Below are positions 39,340 through 50,345 of a DNA stretch of 64,000 bases, in pieces. Location: positions 3,844,001 through 3,908,000 of the forward strand of contig CAKKNE010000002.1 in the NCBI GenBank assembly GCA_918797485.1, given 5' to 3'. The notes below the pieces were generated by a model, which worked only from the letters and a program-made list of their open reading frames with translations, searched no databases and was not told where the DNA came from. Numbering within the stretch: the first letter of the stretch is position 1; the number at the start of each line of letters is the position of its first letter. Both the position numbers and the translations under genes were made by a program. This DNA comes from Pelagomonas calceolata. Its lineage: Eukaryota.

Positions 39340-40095
39340 TCACCTCGGCGCAGGCGCCAAGGATGAAGCTCCCAGCAGCGGCGCGGCCAACGCCGGCGCC
39401 GCGGCGACGGCCTCGCGGAGCAAGGCCGGCGGGACCGCGCCGCAGAGCACGTCGACGCCGACGACGGCGCCGCCCGCCGCGACGGCGACCGCCACCATGG
39501 CGTCAGCGGGCTCGTCCGCCGTCGTGTCCGCGAGCAACGTTCCGCCGACCACCGCCAGCGTCACCACAACAGGACACTCATCCACAGATAAAGTGGTCGG
39601 CGGCGTCTCGGCGGGTAATAATGAGAAGGGGAGCGCCTCCGTCGTCTCGTCCGACGCCTCCAGGGCCTCCTCGGCCGCGGGCAGTTTGGTGGAGGCGAGC
39701 GCCGCTCTGATAGCACAAGACAGCGCCTCGCGCAGCCCGCCGTCGTCGCTTAGGATGATGCAATCAATCACAAGGTGCCAGCCGAGCTTCTCGCCGATCT
39801 TGGGGATCGCCGCGCGCCATGGTGTTAACCAGGCGTCGGCCTCGCGCGCGAGCCGTTCCTGCAGCGCGAGTTTGGCTCGGTCGTCGCCGGCCGCCCAGAG
39901 CGACGGCGAGCACTCGACCTCGACCCCACAAGCCGTGCCCTCGCCGATTTGAGCTGTGACGGCCGCGAGGCACTCGGTGCCGCCGCCCAACCCGCCGCCG
40001 ACAACGCAACGGGCCGAGCCCCAGCACTGCACCAAGATATTTGTTTCTATATCAAATTCGCGCGCCTCGAGCGGCTGGCGGCCGTCGGAACGCAT
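39340..40095 (-). CDS. RNase PH-like exosome subunit (RRP42/EXOSC7-like)
   Basis: RSDGRQ..REFDIETNIL...GSARC; GWHLVIDCIILSDDGG; AALASTKLP; start uncertain. Confidence 0.8.
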   Translation of the reverse strand: MRSDGRQPLEAREFDIETNILVQCWGSARCVVGGGLGGGTECLAAVTAQIGEGTACGVEVECSPSLWAAGDDRAKLALQERLAREADAWLTPWRAAIPKIGEKLGWHLVIDCIILSDDGGLREALSCAIRAALASTKLPAAEEALEASDETTEALPFSLLPAETPPTTLSVDECPVVVTLAVVGGTLLADTTADEPADAMVAVAVAAGGAVVGVDVLCGAVPPALLREAVAAAPALAAPLLGASSLAPAPR

Positions 40096-40632
40096 CGCTT
40101 TTTGCACGGGCTGTGGGGGCCGCAGTGTGGTTTGGCTGTGCACGTGCCGCCGCGCCTAGCGTGTGCCAGCAGCGCTTGCCCAGCTGACTGGGAAGGACGC
40201 CTAAGCCCAACGCAATCAAAATTTGATGCAAGTGGGTAGTTTTTGCGTGCTTTTTGCGCTTTTGCAAAGTCCTTGCTGACAACCCGCACGTTGCGGGTCC
40301 GCTTCCTTCGGTTTCCTCTGCACGGGTCCTGGCTGTCGCGAGCCGTTCACGGACGCTGCGACGGATCGCGGGGGACCGCGGCGCCGACAGCTGTGCTTAG
40401 CACTCTCCACCAAGTTGGCTAGAAAACGCGAGCGAGGCGCCGCGCACCCCGCTGTGCTGCTTCAAAGCTCTGTACTATATTGCATATTAATTTCCAAGCG
40501 AGAAAACCGCGTCTTTTACCTCGCCCGAGACAAGAAACGCAGCTTTTTACCAGCAGCCGAAGACGTCGTCAGACTGATCGCGCGAAGCCACTAGGAATCA
40601 CGCGCAGGCCCAAAGTCAAGTCCCACAACACG

Positions 40633-41783
40633 ATGGAAGAGCCTGGCATCGAGCCCGCCGCCAAGTCCGGACTCCGGCCGCGCCGCCGCCCGTCGGCCCG
40701 GGCGAGCGCCCGGCGTGGAACGCAACCGTCGCTTCGAAACTCACACGAAACACGCAGGCCACGGACAACTACCTCACGCCCGCCCAGCAGACGAACTTCA
40801 AGACGAGACCCACGACGCGACGACTCGTCAAGCCGCCCGACTACGCGGTGCCGTCGGACTGGCGCACGGAAGGTAGTAGATACCTGAGGCGGTGGGTCAT
40901 CCGTTCAGTGGTGGGCTTGGACGGCATCCTCAAACCGCAACTCGGCTACATCGCGGCCTGGCTGAGCGCGAAGGAGAGCGACTTCCAGAACAGTCGCGGC
41001 CGGTCCGCCGGTCTTTATAGATGCGTCTACGTCGGTGGGGAATTAGATGGCGACGCCGAAGATTTAGAGTTGCACGAGACCACGGCGACGCTCTGGCAGC
41101 ACGCCTGTGGCGGGTGCAACGCCTTCGCCGTGGATCCCGAGGTCCTGCGTCGCCACTGCGCGACCTGCAAAAGCTACAAGCGCAAGGTCGACGCCGACGC
41201 GGCGGCCGCGGCCGCGGCGCAGGCCGCGTTGGACCTGAAGAAGCGGCCCGCCGACGGCGGCGCGACGACGCGCGGGAAAGCTAGACGCGTCGAGGAGACG
41301 GCCCCGAAGGCGCCCCCGGGTCCTCTCCCCGGCGCACGCGCGGCGCCGTACCCGTTCCACGCCCTGCCCGGGGCCGCGGCGCCGCCGCCGCAGCGCAAGC
41401 TGACGATCCGCCTCCCGGCCGGCGCCGGCGCGGCGGCCGCGACGCCGCCCGTCGCGCCGGCGCAGCGCATGCCGCCGCGCGCGCCGCGCATCGGCGCCCA
41501 GTACCAGGCCGACACGGAGCTGCCCGAGCCCGAAACCGCGCCGCCGCCGCCCGTCGCCGTCGCCGCCGCGCGGACGCGCACGATGCCCCTCGTGCCGCGG
41601 CCGTCCTACGAGTTCGACGTGAGCGCCGGTTTGTCGATCGACATCGCGCTGAAGCGCGGCCGCGGCCTCGCGCCGCTCGTGCTGCGCCTCGGGCCGCGCG
41701 AGGCCGTCCTGTACCGCGCGGACCGCGACGGCGGCGCGGACCCGGAGCGCGTCGTCGCGCGCGCGGCGCTGCCGGCCCAGTAG
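40633..41783 (+). CDS. Hypothetical nuclear protein (Tudor-like region, ELM2-like RIGAQYQA); exons 40633-40701 and 40758-41783
   Basis: GCGAGC...CACGCAG intron 40702-40757 joins the ATG exon in frame with ORF 40848-41783. Confidence 0.65.
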
Positions 41784-41811
41784 GTGGCTCCCTGTCGTAA
41801 TGATCACATAC

Positions 41812-42723
41812 TTACATCAGTCGGCGCGGCGGGCCCGTCCTAGGGTCACACACGGGCCGCGCCGGCGGCGGCGGCGCGACGGGCCCGTCGCCCGCGAAGG
41901 CCGGCACCGTGTCTAGGAGCGACTCGACGTCCGCGTTGTCGTAGGAGGGCGCCAGGTCGGAGCCCACGCGGAAGAGCGTCTCGACGACCTCGCCGTGCTG
42001 GTACACTACGAGCGTCGGCAGCGTCTCGACGTCGTAGCCCTGGAGCGCCTCGCCCGCCTCGCCGAGCGCGAGGCCCAGGAAGCGGACGTCGCGCCGCCGC
42101 GCCGCCAGTGCCGCGAGCGCGCCGTTCAGGCGCCGGCAGGGCCCGTAGTTCGGCTCGTGCAGGTGCACGACCACGACCGCGTCCTTCGTGGCGAGGGCGT
42201 CGAGGTACTCCTGCTTGGAAGCGGTCGCGTTGAACGCGCCGAACGTGGGCGTGGCCTTCTCCGCTTTAAGCTCCGCGAGCCGCTTCTTCCGGTAGCTCTC
42301 CAGGAACTCGTCATCATCATCACTCTCCGACGACGCAGACTCGGTCCGCGCATCCGGATCTTTCCTAGGAGGCGGCGGCGGCGGTGGCGCGTCTCGGACG
42401 ACGCCGGCAGCCACTTCCAGCATCTTCGCCTCCCGATCCACTTTATTCCACAGGATCTCGGCGCGCTGCATCTTCTTAAAATATCTGTACTGGGCCAGCG
42501 TCGCCTTGACGCCCGTCTTGCCCGCGGCGGCCGGCGCCTCGCCGTACCGCAGGGCCTCCGGGACCGCCCGCGATTCCTCCGGTTCCGGTTCCGGGTCGTC
42601 CGGCACCGACGCCGCGTCGTCCTCGTCGTCATCTCTCGTATCGTCGTCGTCGCTCGCCCAGGTGCCGTACCTGCCTGGTATGTTGCGGCGCAGCATTTTG
42701 TCCTCCAAGCCCCAGTCGCCCAT
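41812..42723 (-). CDS. Phosducin-like protein (PhLP1-type)
   Basis: TGVKATLAQY, EFLESYRKKRLAEL, VVVHLHEP...C, LPTLVVYQHGE. Confidence 0.85.
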   Translation of the reverse strand: MGDWGLEDKMLRRNIPGRYGTWASDDDDTRDDDEDDAASVPDDPEPEPEESRAVPEALRYGEAPAAAGKTGVKATLAQYRYFKKMQRAEILWNKVDREAKMLEVAAGVVRDAPPPPPPPRKDPDARTESASSESDDDDEFLESYRKKRLAELKAEKATPTFGAFNATASKQEYLDALATKDAVVVVHLHEPNYGPCRRLNGALAALAARRRDVRFLGLALGEAGEALQGYDVETLPTLVVYQHGEVVETLFRVGSDLAPSYDNADVESLLDTVPAFAGDGPVAPPPPARPVCDPRTGPPRRLM

Positions 42724-42846
42724 GGTAGCGGCAGCCCTTTTGGGGGAGAGCAGCAACTGTACCGAGCAGCAAACGAGGAACAGCAATGAGGTGTGCGGGC
42801 AGCGCGACAAAAGGCGCAAGACGGAGGCGAGCTAGTGATAGTGTTA

Positions 42847-43647
42847 CTAGTATTTTAGGAATTTCCTGACCTGGCGCTTCTCGACCACGTACCCCCCGCC
42901 CACGAGCCTGGCGAGCTGCGCCTTCAAAGCACACTGTTTCCGGGGCACCTTGGCGGTCAGGTCCTTCTTGGCCCGCAGTTTCGCCTTGCGACGCGGGCCG
43001 TCGCGCCGCCCGCCCGCGAAGTCGAGCACGACGCTCGCCATGGGCGCCTGGCCCGTACGCACGAGCCGATCGAGCACGACCGTCGCCTTCGGCGCGTCCT
43101 TGACCGGCGCGGCCCGGTCCTTGGCGCCGAGCAACAGATTGCGCTCGACCTCGCGGACGAGCGTGTCGCGTTTCTTGCGGCTATAGAGTATACACTTGCT
43201 GCACCCCCCTCTGTAAATGTTCTCTTCGGTCGCGGCTTCCGCGGTGTCGTCGTGCCATTTGTGGTGCTTCGCGCAGACCCATTCTCCGCAGCGCTCCCGC
43301 TTTAGAATTCCCTTGCGACAGGCTTCGCAGTACACGGGCTTGGGTACCTCATCGCAATGGCACGCGTCGTTCTCCCAATCGCATGGGCAGTCTCGATTGA
43401 TCGCGCACTCGGTGCAGCCTTCCAGGCACTCCGGGCAGGCCCTCTTCCCGCACCCCGCGCATTCGCGGCGCTCTTCCAGATTATCGTCGATGTCCTCCGC
43501 GGTGTATGGATCTTGGCAGATCGGGCAACAGCTGGCAAGGTGCTGCTTCTGCTTCCACGCCGGCCAGTCCTCGAAGAGGCAAAGATTGTTGTCTAACGAG
43601 TTGCCTGAATGGTCCGAATGCTGCGAGTTGCTTGACCAGTCGGCCAT
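42847..43647 (-). CDS. Cys-rich hypothetical protein (zinc-finger-like)
   Basis: CPIC, CAGC..ACPEC..CTEC, YCEAC motifs. Confidence 0.6.
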   Translation of the reverse strand: MADWSSNSQHSDHSGNSLDNNLCLFEDWPAWKQKQHLASCCPICQDPYTAEDIDDNLEERRECAGCGKRACPECLEGCTECAINRDCPCDWENDACHCDEVPKPVYCEACRKGILKRERCGEWVCAKHHKWHDDTAEAATEENIYRGGCSKCILYSRKKRDTLVREVERNLLLGAKDRAAPVKDAPKATVVLDRLVRTGQAPMASVVLDFAGGRRDGPRRKAKLRAKKDLTAKVPRKQCALKAQLARLVGGGYVVEKRQVRKFLKY

Positions 43648-43859
43648 CTGCGCTTGAATTCAATCTGTGCCGGCGCAAAAGATGGCTGCCTGCTGCAGCC
43701 GGTTGGGGGCCTAGTTCAAACTAGTGGCGCCCTGGGGGCTCTGCGGCGCGCAGCTCTGGCTAGTTGCGTGTCGCACTGACTGGGACCACGTGCTCGTGGC
43801 TGCCCAAAGTCCGTGCGCGGTTCGCGCTGCTCTAACGACTTGGGCGCCGCGTACTTGCT

Positions 43860-43883
43860 CTAGAGTGTCTTACAGGCCGCTAG
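43860..43883 (+). promoter_or_regulatory. 24-bp intergenic motif copy (2-nt insertion)
   Basis: ctagagtgtcttacaggccgctag. Confidence 0.75.
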
Positions 43884-43918
43884 TAATCGATGGTGATCGG
43901 TCTTTACACAAAAAGAGA

Positions 43919-45010
43919 CTAGACGTCGTCGGCGTCGAGCACGACCTTCTCGAGCTCCTCGACCGGGTGCCGCCGCGGCGCGTCCAGGAGCGGCACCGCG
44001 CCAAGCGCGGCGCTGCGCCCGCGCTGCCGGCACGCGTCCGCGGCCTCCTTGCACTGCGCGGTACCCGACGCGATCAATTCCAGCACGGCGTCCTCGGGCC
44101 GCTGGTCGCCCGGCATGCCCGCCACGGCCCGCTTCGCCTGGACGAAGGCCGCCACCGCTTTCTTATATGATCCGTGGGCCGCGCGCCAGTCCTCTCTTGA
44201 TTCGTGGTCTCTACCCTCAGCCGTGTGCCTTAAAGCGTCGTCCAACGATGCTTCGAGGCCGGCGAGCGTTTGGGGCCGCGACCGCTCGGCGTCCTCGGTG
44301 CGCTTCTCCTCCTGCGAGAGCTGGAGGGCCCGCTCTTCTTCCTCCCGCAGCCTCCTTTCATACTCCAAGTGGCGCTGCTGGTCCTGCTCTGCCGTCGACT
44401 GCGACACCTTCATGGCCTCTTCCACTGCTTTCGCCTCCTCGGCCTGGCAGGCCCGCTCTCGGTGTAATCTCTTAAAAAACCGCCTCAGACTCATAACCTC
44501 GGCGACCCACGCGTCCCGGTCCTCGTTCGTCGAACAGGCCAGCGTCAGCTTCATGTCCTTCGCCTCTTCTTCGATGGACGAGCCGAAGACACAAAATGCA
44601 CCAATACGGCCGGCGGTCCTCTTGTCCCACGCGTCCGCGCGGCCCTCGCGCACATCAATGGACCCCTTCTCCCGCGATCCGACGGCGGCCCATCGTAAAC
44701 ACCCGTCCGCCCTTAAATCGACGTCCACCGCGCTCCACTGCGAGGCCCTTCCCACTTCACCTCGCTTATACATGCGCGCACTAATAACAGATAACCCATA
44801 GCGGTGGCGCACGCGCTGCAATAACAAAGCTTCCTGGCCCGCGTACTTCTTGAGCAGCGCTTCGACCTCTCCGGACGCGAGCTTCTCTGGATTCGCGCTC
44901 AGGTAGCACGCGCGGACGTCGTCCTGCGCCTTTCTTAGTTGATCGGGCGTGAGGCGCGGCGTCTGGGGTTCTTCCTCAGTGTCGTCGCTGGCGACGGTCC
45001 ACTGGGACAT
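43919..45010 (-). CDS. PH-domain protein with coiled coil and MIT-like C-terminus
   Basis: MYKRGE...W...LACSTNEDRDAWVAEV; NPEKL..VEALLKKYAGQE. Confidence 0.7.
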   Translation of the reverse strand: MSQWTVASDDTEEEPQTPRLTPDQLRKAQDDVRACYLSANPEKLASGEVEALLKKYAGQEALLLQRVRHRYGLSVISARMYKRGEVGRASQWSAVDVDLRADGCLRWAAVGSREKGSIDVREGRADAWDKRTAGRIGAFCVFGSSIEEEAKDMKLTLACSTNEDRDAWVAEVMSLRRFFKRLHRERACQAEEAKAVEEAMKVSQSTAEQDQQRHLEYERRLREEEERALQLSQEEKRTEDAERSRPQTLAGLEASLDDALRHTAEGRDHESREDWRAAHGSYKKAVAAFVQAKRAVAGMPGDQRPEDAVLELIASGTAQCKEAADACRQRGRSAALGAVPLLDAPRRHPVEELEKVVLDADDV

Positions 45011-45339
45011 GGTTGCGCGTGCGCTGGTCCTTGGTTTTGTAGGAGCTACTTGGCACAGAGCTGTGAAACTGTTGCTACAGGTTTCGTGCGCGGTTTTGAT
45101 TCGCTGCCAAGCAGTTCGCTGTCTTCGGTCGTTTTACCTTGTGTCGTGACCCGCAAACGTGCCGCGCGAAGACGGCGTTTTTTGCGGCTTTTTCGCGGCG
45201 GAGAGGCCTTTTGTCCAAATACGGGGCCGCGAGCGCGACGAAGCGCTCCATCGCGCCCAGGGGAGCTGTGGTGTTCACCTCTCGCCCGAGGCATGGTGAT
45301 GAGGCGGCGCCGGAACGCCACTGCCAGCAGCGCGGGATC

Positions 45340-45396
45340 GCGACGCGCGGTGTCTCCCCACCAGGGGCTCCGCCCACGAGTCCTAGCACCGTAACA
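45340..45396 (-). repeat. ~72-bp element copy (lacks hairpin end)
   Basis: Plus strand gcgacgcgcggtgtctccccaccaggggctccgcccacgagtcctagcaccgtaaca. Confidence 0.9.
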
Positions 45397-45479
45397 ATAT
45401 AACCAAGAGAGACAAGCAGTGGGCAAGAACAGACTTAAGGGTGCCCGGAGGACGAACGAACGCGAAACGAGCGGGGCCG

Positions 45480-47219
45480 TCAGAAGTCGTAGATGTCGTC
45501 GTCGTCGTCGTCCGCAGCAGCAGCCCCGGGCGACGTCGAGTTCCGTTTTATCGCGCGCGCGACCTCCCACTGCGTGATTTTTTGCCGTAATTCCTTGTCG
45601 GGCTTCAATTGGGCGGCCGACAAGGGCTGGCCCGTCAAGGGGCAGACGCTTCCGTTCTTCGCGAACCACGCCTGGATGACCTTGGCCTCGACGACGTGGC
45701 CGTAGGGGCTCCGCATCGGTTCCCTCATCATCCGTTTTGAAATGGCACAAGCGAACTCTGCTGGTGTGTCTGCGTCCCACTGCTGCTGCGGCGTCGCCGG
45801 CTCGTCGTCGTCGTCGTCGTAATTCGGGGCTATCCTCCTTCGTTCGGCGGACGACGCGCCTTCCGACAATCGCCGATGCTCCTCCCGGTCGTGTGACCTT
45901 TGCGGCGTCAAGGACGGCAGCTCGCCGAGCATCGCGCCTTTGTGGAGGAACTGCGGTTCTTCGGGCAAATCAACAGCTCGTGCCACTTGGTTGATCGGTT
46001 TATTCGTGACGTCCACCAAGTTTTCGCGCTTGACGGCGATGCCCTTGCCATCTAGCAACACGGCGACCCTACCTGCGGGTACGCTCGATGGCGTTTCTAT
46101 TATCTTCCCTCGCCTCCCGTTGAGTTCGCCCTTCTTCAAACCTACTAACTCCACCGGCGTGCCCACCGGGAAACCCTCATCCTCATCTTTGGACTCGGCC
46201 ACCAAGGGCTGCACCTCGTCATCTGAAAAATCATTCCCGAGCAAGGCCCCGAACTGAAAGGCTAGACCGGGAGGGCAGTCCCTTTCCGGACACGCGTCGG
46301 GCCCACCTAATTCCTTCAACACATCTCTGACGGACGGCAGAGACGCGACGTGGAAGGGCACCGCGCCGCGCGCGTCCTTCTTCGTCGCGTTGGCCCCGTA
46401 CACCAGTAATGTCCTAGCGACATCAACGTGATTATAAAACGCCGCTTCATGTAAAGGCGTCCAGCCCAGGTGATTTACGAGGTCTTTATCGGAACCGGCC
46501 TCCAGTAGCACTTTTACGATGTCCTCAAACCCGCACCGTGACGCCTCGCCTAGCGCCGACTGGGGGGGCGGCTTCGCCAGGGGAAAGGCCTTCGACGCCT
46601 CGACGTCCGGAATGTGGTCCAGCGTCTTGTTTCCCGTTAACAGCTTCCGGACAATGCCGTCGAAACCCCTGTGACAGGCTTCTAATAGTGGAGTCCAGCC
46701 CTGGTCATTTTTCGTGTTCACATCGGCACCGGCTTCGAGCAATGCCTCCACCAACGGTTCGACGCCATACGCGGCAGCCATGTGTAAGACGGTCCAACCC
46801 GAGGCGTACGCCCCGGGACCTCTCACCGTCTTCCTCTCCAGGGAAGCTTTCCTCTTCACTAATTCCTTCAGAATATCGAGAGCCGCGCCCATGGTCTGGT
46901 GGTTGTGGCAGCACGCGTGGAGCGGCGTCCAGCCGTCCTCGTTGGCTCTCTCCACATCATCCACCACAATGCGTTCTCCCGACACCGTGACGTGGAACCT
47001 CTCCGAGTAGTCGAAGGGCCGTTCTTCCTCCCGTTCCTCATTTTCTCGGTCTGCTAACAACCCGAGGTCGCTCCTTAACCTAGGCGCGTCGTCCGCGTGG
47101 AAGTCTTGGATGCGGTACATGTCCGGGAAGGACATGGACGATAAGGCTTGTCCTAGTAAATACGTGCAGGCCACGAGCTGCTCGAGCTCGCCGCCGTCGG
47201 CGCTGGCGCCGGCGCCCAT
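45480..47219 (-). CDS. Ankyrin-repeat U-box E3 ligase, predicted N-myristoylated
   Basis: MGAGAS start; several GWTPLH ankyrin repeats; PAEFACAISKRMMREPM...CPLTGQPL U-box. Confidence 0.88.
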   Translation of the reverse strand: MGAGASADGGELEQLVACTYLLGQALSSMSFPDMYRIQDFHADDAPRLRSDLGLLADRENEEREEERPFDYSERFHVTVSGERIVVDDVERANEDGWTPLHACCHNHQTMGAALDILKELVKRKASLERKTVRGPGAYASGWTVLHMAAAYGVEPLVEALLEAGADVNTKNDQGWTPLLEACHRGFDGIVRKLLTGNKTLDHIPDVEASKAFPLAKPPPQSALGEASRCGFEDIVKVLLEAGSDKDLVNHLGWTPLHEAAFYNHVDVARTLLVYGANATKKDARGAVPFHVASLPSVRDVLKELGGPDACPERDCPPGLAFQFGALLGNDFSDDEVQPLVAESKDEDEGFPVGTPVELVGLKKGELNGRRGKIIETPSSVPAGRVAVLLDGKGIAVKRENLVDVTNKPINQVARAVDLPEEPQFLHKGAMLGELPSLTPQRSHDREEHRRLSEGASSAERRRIAPNYDDDDDEPATPQQQWDADTPAEFACAISKRMMREPMRSPYGHVVEAKVIQAWFAKNGSVCPLTGQPLSAAQLKPDKELRQKITQWEVARAIKRNSTSPGAAAADDDDDDIYDF

Positions 47220-47648
47220 CCTTCTCTTTGTGGCTTAATGGGTGTCCCGCGTCGCAGGCGTGCCGGGGGCAGCACCGGGCTGCGAGAGATGCGCCTCGGC
47301 GGCGTCCCCGGCCGCTGGAGGCTGAGTCTGGGGACGACTTTGGCAGCGCCTCCTCTTGGTTTTCTGGTAACCCGATTTGTTTTGAATTCCGGCACGGCTC
47401 CATGGATCGTATCGGCGCGCCCTGAGCCGCCCCTGCCGAGCCTCGGAGCCGGTGGGGAGAAAAACCCGCGGCTCTGTCGAGCTCAGAGCTGCTGAGAGGC
47501 TCTCAAGGCAAATGCTGCCCACACGTCGAAGGCGCAGCCCAAATGGCCGCGACGGACCCGCGTCGACGACGCCGCGCTAGCGTGAGCAGTGCTGCCGTCG
47601 CCGGTGACTAGTTCGACCGGTAGTGCTGCCCCCAGCTGGCTGCTGTAA

Positions 47649-49334
47649 ATGCAGCGCGCGGTATTCATAGCCGCAGCGCTGGTGCAGGCGGGAGCAGCGG
47701 AGGACCCGTGGGCGGCGGACGCCCTCGGCCTCGTGGCGGGGGTGCCGGTCGTCGACTGGCGCGCGCCGCACCGGTTCGCCGCCGTCCGCGCGCACGAGGA
47801 CGTGGCCGTGCGGTTCCGCGTGCGGAGCGCGGGGTCGCGGGCGGTGCTGCTGCAGGTCGACGGCCGGCGCGGCGCCGTGGTCTGCGAGAGCACGCCCTGC
47901 GACGGCCGGGCGACGCTCCAAGTGGTAGGGGGCGGCTGGCACGCGGCGGCGGTGTTGCTGGGGGAGCAGCACGAAGGCGGGTATACGAACATGACGGCCG
48001 CGGCGGCGCCGTTCTTCGTCAATGAGCCCCTCGAGGCGCCGGCGCCAGCGGAGCTCCCCGAGCCGTGCTCCACCAGGAGGACCGTCGTCCGCGCGATCGC
48101 GCACGACCGGCCCATGCAATTGCAGAACCTGCTGGAGAGCCTCGCGGCTGCGGAGTACGACGGAAATAACATCGATCTGGAGGTCCACGTCGACGGCGCG
48201 GCGTCGCCAGCGAGTATCAAGGGCCACGACGAAGCCGTAGAAGTCGCGCGCCGCTTCGCGTGGCCCCACGGTCGCTACGATGTTGTTGAACGGCGGGGCA
48301 ACGCGGGCCCGACGCGCCACCGCTTCGAGAGCTATACGCCGCAGCACTGCGAGCTCGTCGCCTTCTTCGAGGACGACGTAATCGTGGCGCGGCTCTGGCA
48401 CCGCTGGCTCCGCGCGGCCGACCGCACGGCCGGCGCCGACGTCGCCGGGTTTACCTTCCAGCGCCACTGGCTCGCGCCGGGGGCGTACCTGCGCGAGGCC
48501 CGGAGCGGGCCGCACGAATCAAAAGTCATCGGTCCCTTCGCGCACGCCTGGCGGTCGGAACACTGGGAGCAGTTCCTGGACTGGTTCGAGCGGAGTCCGT
48601 CGGCCGAGGTCCCGGGCCACTCCTTCAGCAACGCCTGGCTCGGGAAGCCGGACTTCGAACACAGCCTCTGGACGGCCTTCGTCGACCGCTGGGCCTGGGA
48701 GTATGGAAGATGGTTCGCGTCGCCGCCGACGCCGGACGGGTCGGCGCTGGCGCACAACGACGCGGGGCCCGGCCTGCACTACAAGTCGGCGAAGGGGTGG
48801 GATTCGGCGCCGTTCCCGGAACGCTGGGCGCCGCGGCTGCGGGCCGTGGTCGCGCCGCCGCGGCTCGACGCCGCCGGCGAGGCGCCGCTGCGACCGCCGT
48901 GGGCGGCGGCGCTGCGGAGTCTCCATCCCTGGGACGTGGTGGGAATTCGCGGTCAGTCTGCGAGATTGCTGGAGGCGTGCGCGACGGCGCCGGACGTCGT
49001 CGTCGACGACGTCGCGGGCGCGGGCGCGGCCATCGCAGTTATGACGTCGGCGCCGTGCCGCGTCGAAGGGTCCGCGAACGCCCCGACGCGACTCGTGCTG
49101 GGTACGCCGAAGAGTCCCGCGCTCGCCGCGGTTCTGCGGGACGCGGCGGCGGAAGGCTACGTCCTCGCGGCGAGCGACGCGCGCGGCGCCGAGGCGGCCT
49201 ACGTCCTGCGGCCCCGCGACGCGGCGAACCCGCCCTCCGTCCTCGCGCGCCACCACGACGCGGACGGCGGCGTCGAGGAGCGCGTCTTGCTGGAGCGCTA
49301 CGGCGTCGTCCAGGATCTGCGGACGGCTGCGTAA
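47649..49334 (+). CDS. Secretory GT-A-fold glycosyltransferase-like protein
   Basis: Signal peptide; DRPMQLQNLLESL, FAWPHG, FFEDDVIV. Confidence 0.7.
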   Translation: MQRAVFIAAALVQAGAAEDPWAADALGLVAGVPVVDWRAPHRFAAVRAHEDVAVRFRVRSAGSRAVLLQVDGRRGAVVCESTPCDGRATLQVVGGGWHAAAVLLGEQHEGGYTNMTAAAAPFFVNEPLEAPAPAELPEPCSTRRTVVRAIAHDRPMQLQNLLESLAAAEYDGNNIDLEVHVDGAASPASIKGHDEAVEVARRFAWPHGRYDVVERRGNAGPTRHRFESYTPQHCELVAFFEDDVIVARLWHRWLRAADRTAGADVAGFTFQRHWLAPGAYLREARSGPHESKVIGPFAHAWRSEHWEQFLDWFERSPSAEVPGHSFSNAWLGKPDFEHSLWTAFVDRWAWEYGRWFASPPTPDGSALAHNDAGPGLHYKSAKGWDSAPFPERWAPRLRAVVAPPRLDAAGEAPLRPPWAAALRSLHPWDVVGIRGQSARLLEACATAPDVVVDDVAGAGAAIAVMTSAPCRVEGSANAPTRLVLGTPKSPALAAVLRDAAAEGYVLAASDARGAEAAYVLRPRDAANPPSVLARHHDADGGVEERVLLERYGVVQDLRTAA

Positions 49335-49347
49335 ATGTGTTTTTGTT

Positions 49348-49371
49348 GCTAGTGTCTTACCGGCCGCTAGC
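49348..49371 (+). promoter_or_regulatory. 24-bp intergenic motif copy
   Basis: gctagtgtcttaccggccgctagc, 14 bp after the stop codon. Confidence 0.8.
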
Positions 49372-49601
49372 TCGCAATATATAGCCACAGCACAAAAACA
49401 GGGGCTCAGCGTAAGCCATAGGCGTTCTGTTTCGTGCCGTTAAACGTCGATCGTGAACCGTACCACCGCAGCGCGTAAGTGGAGCGATCGAGCGGTGTCC
49501 TGCACAGACTGCCAGCAGTGCCAGGCTGTCGAGTGGCAGCACACGTCGTCGCTGCTCAACCAGCGTCGACCAAAACTGCCGCAGCACCGTGGTAAAGACA
49601 A

Positions 49602-50345
49602 ATGACGGACGACCTCTGCGGCCACCTGCGCCTGAAGGGCGACGCCGCGAAGCTCCGGGGCCGGCGCATCGGCTGCGGCTTCGGGGCCGAGAGCCTCACG
49701 ATCAAAGGCGAGGCGTCGACGTTCCTGGCCGTGCAGCGCTCTGCGTTCGGCGAAAACTGGCGACAGCGCGGGAACGTCTTGAAACCGACGCTGGTGCTGC
49801 GCGACGGGGCGTCCGAGACGGAGGTTAATGTCGACGAGCTGTTCCGCGGCGAGGCCTCGGTCGTCGAGGCGGCGCTCGACGACTCGGTGCGCTTCTGGAT
49901 TGAATATATACCCGCGCCACCGGAGCCGCGGCGCGGCGACGTCGTCGAGCTCGAGCCGTGGTCCCACCACGGGGCGGTGGTCCCGCACAACAACGATGGG
50001 TTGGATTTCACCGTCGACGCCTGCGCCGACGGCCTCGTGCGGATCGCCTGGGTGGAACGGCCGGCCGCGATGTCCGACGACGACACTCCGTGGCAGTGCA
50101 ACGTCACGCTCCCGCGGCCGGCGGTCCGCGTCGCGCGGCGGGACTCGTGGGCCGACACCCTGGCGCGGCCGGCGGCGGCGCTGCGCGAGACCGAGGCCGG
50201 GCGGCGCCTCGCGCCCGTCGCGGACGACGTCGCGACGGCGCTGGCGCCCGCCGTCGCCGCGTCGCGGCTGGCCTGGCGTTCCGTCGCCGCGGCCGCGACG
50301 GCGGCTGCGCGCGGAGACAGTGCCGCGCCGGGGCCGTACTCGTAA
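49602..50345 (+). CDS. Hypothetical protein
   Basis: 247-aa ATG ORF with coding-type composition; no motif recognised. Confidence 0.55.
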   Translation: MTDDLCGHLRLKGDAAKLRGRRIGCGFGAESLTIKGEASTFLAVQRSAFGENWRQRGNVLKPTLVLRDGASETEVNVDELFRGEASVVEAALDDSVRFWIEYIPAPPEPRRGDVVELEPWSHHGAVVPHNNDGLDFTVDACADGLVRIAWVERPAAMSDDDTPWQCNVTLPRPAVRVARRDSWADTLARPAAALRETEAGRRLAPVADDVATALAPAVAASRLAWRSVAAAATAAARGDSAAPGPYS

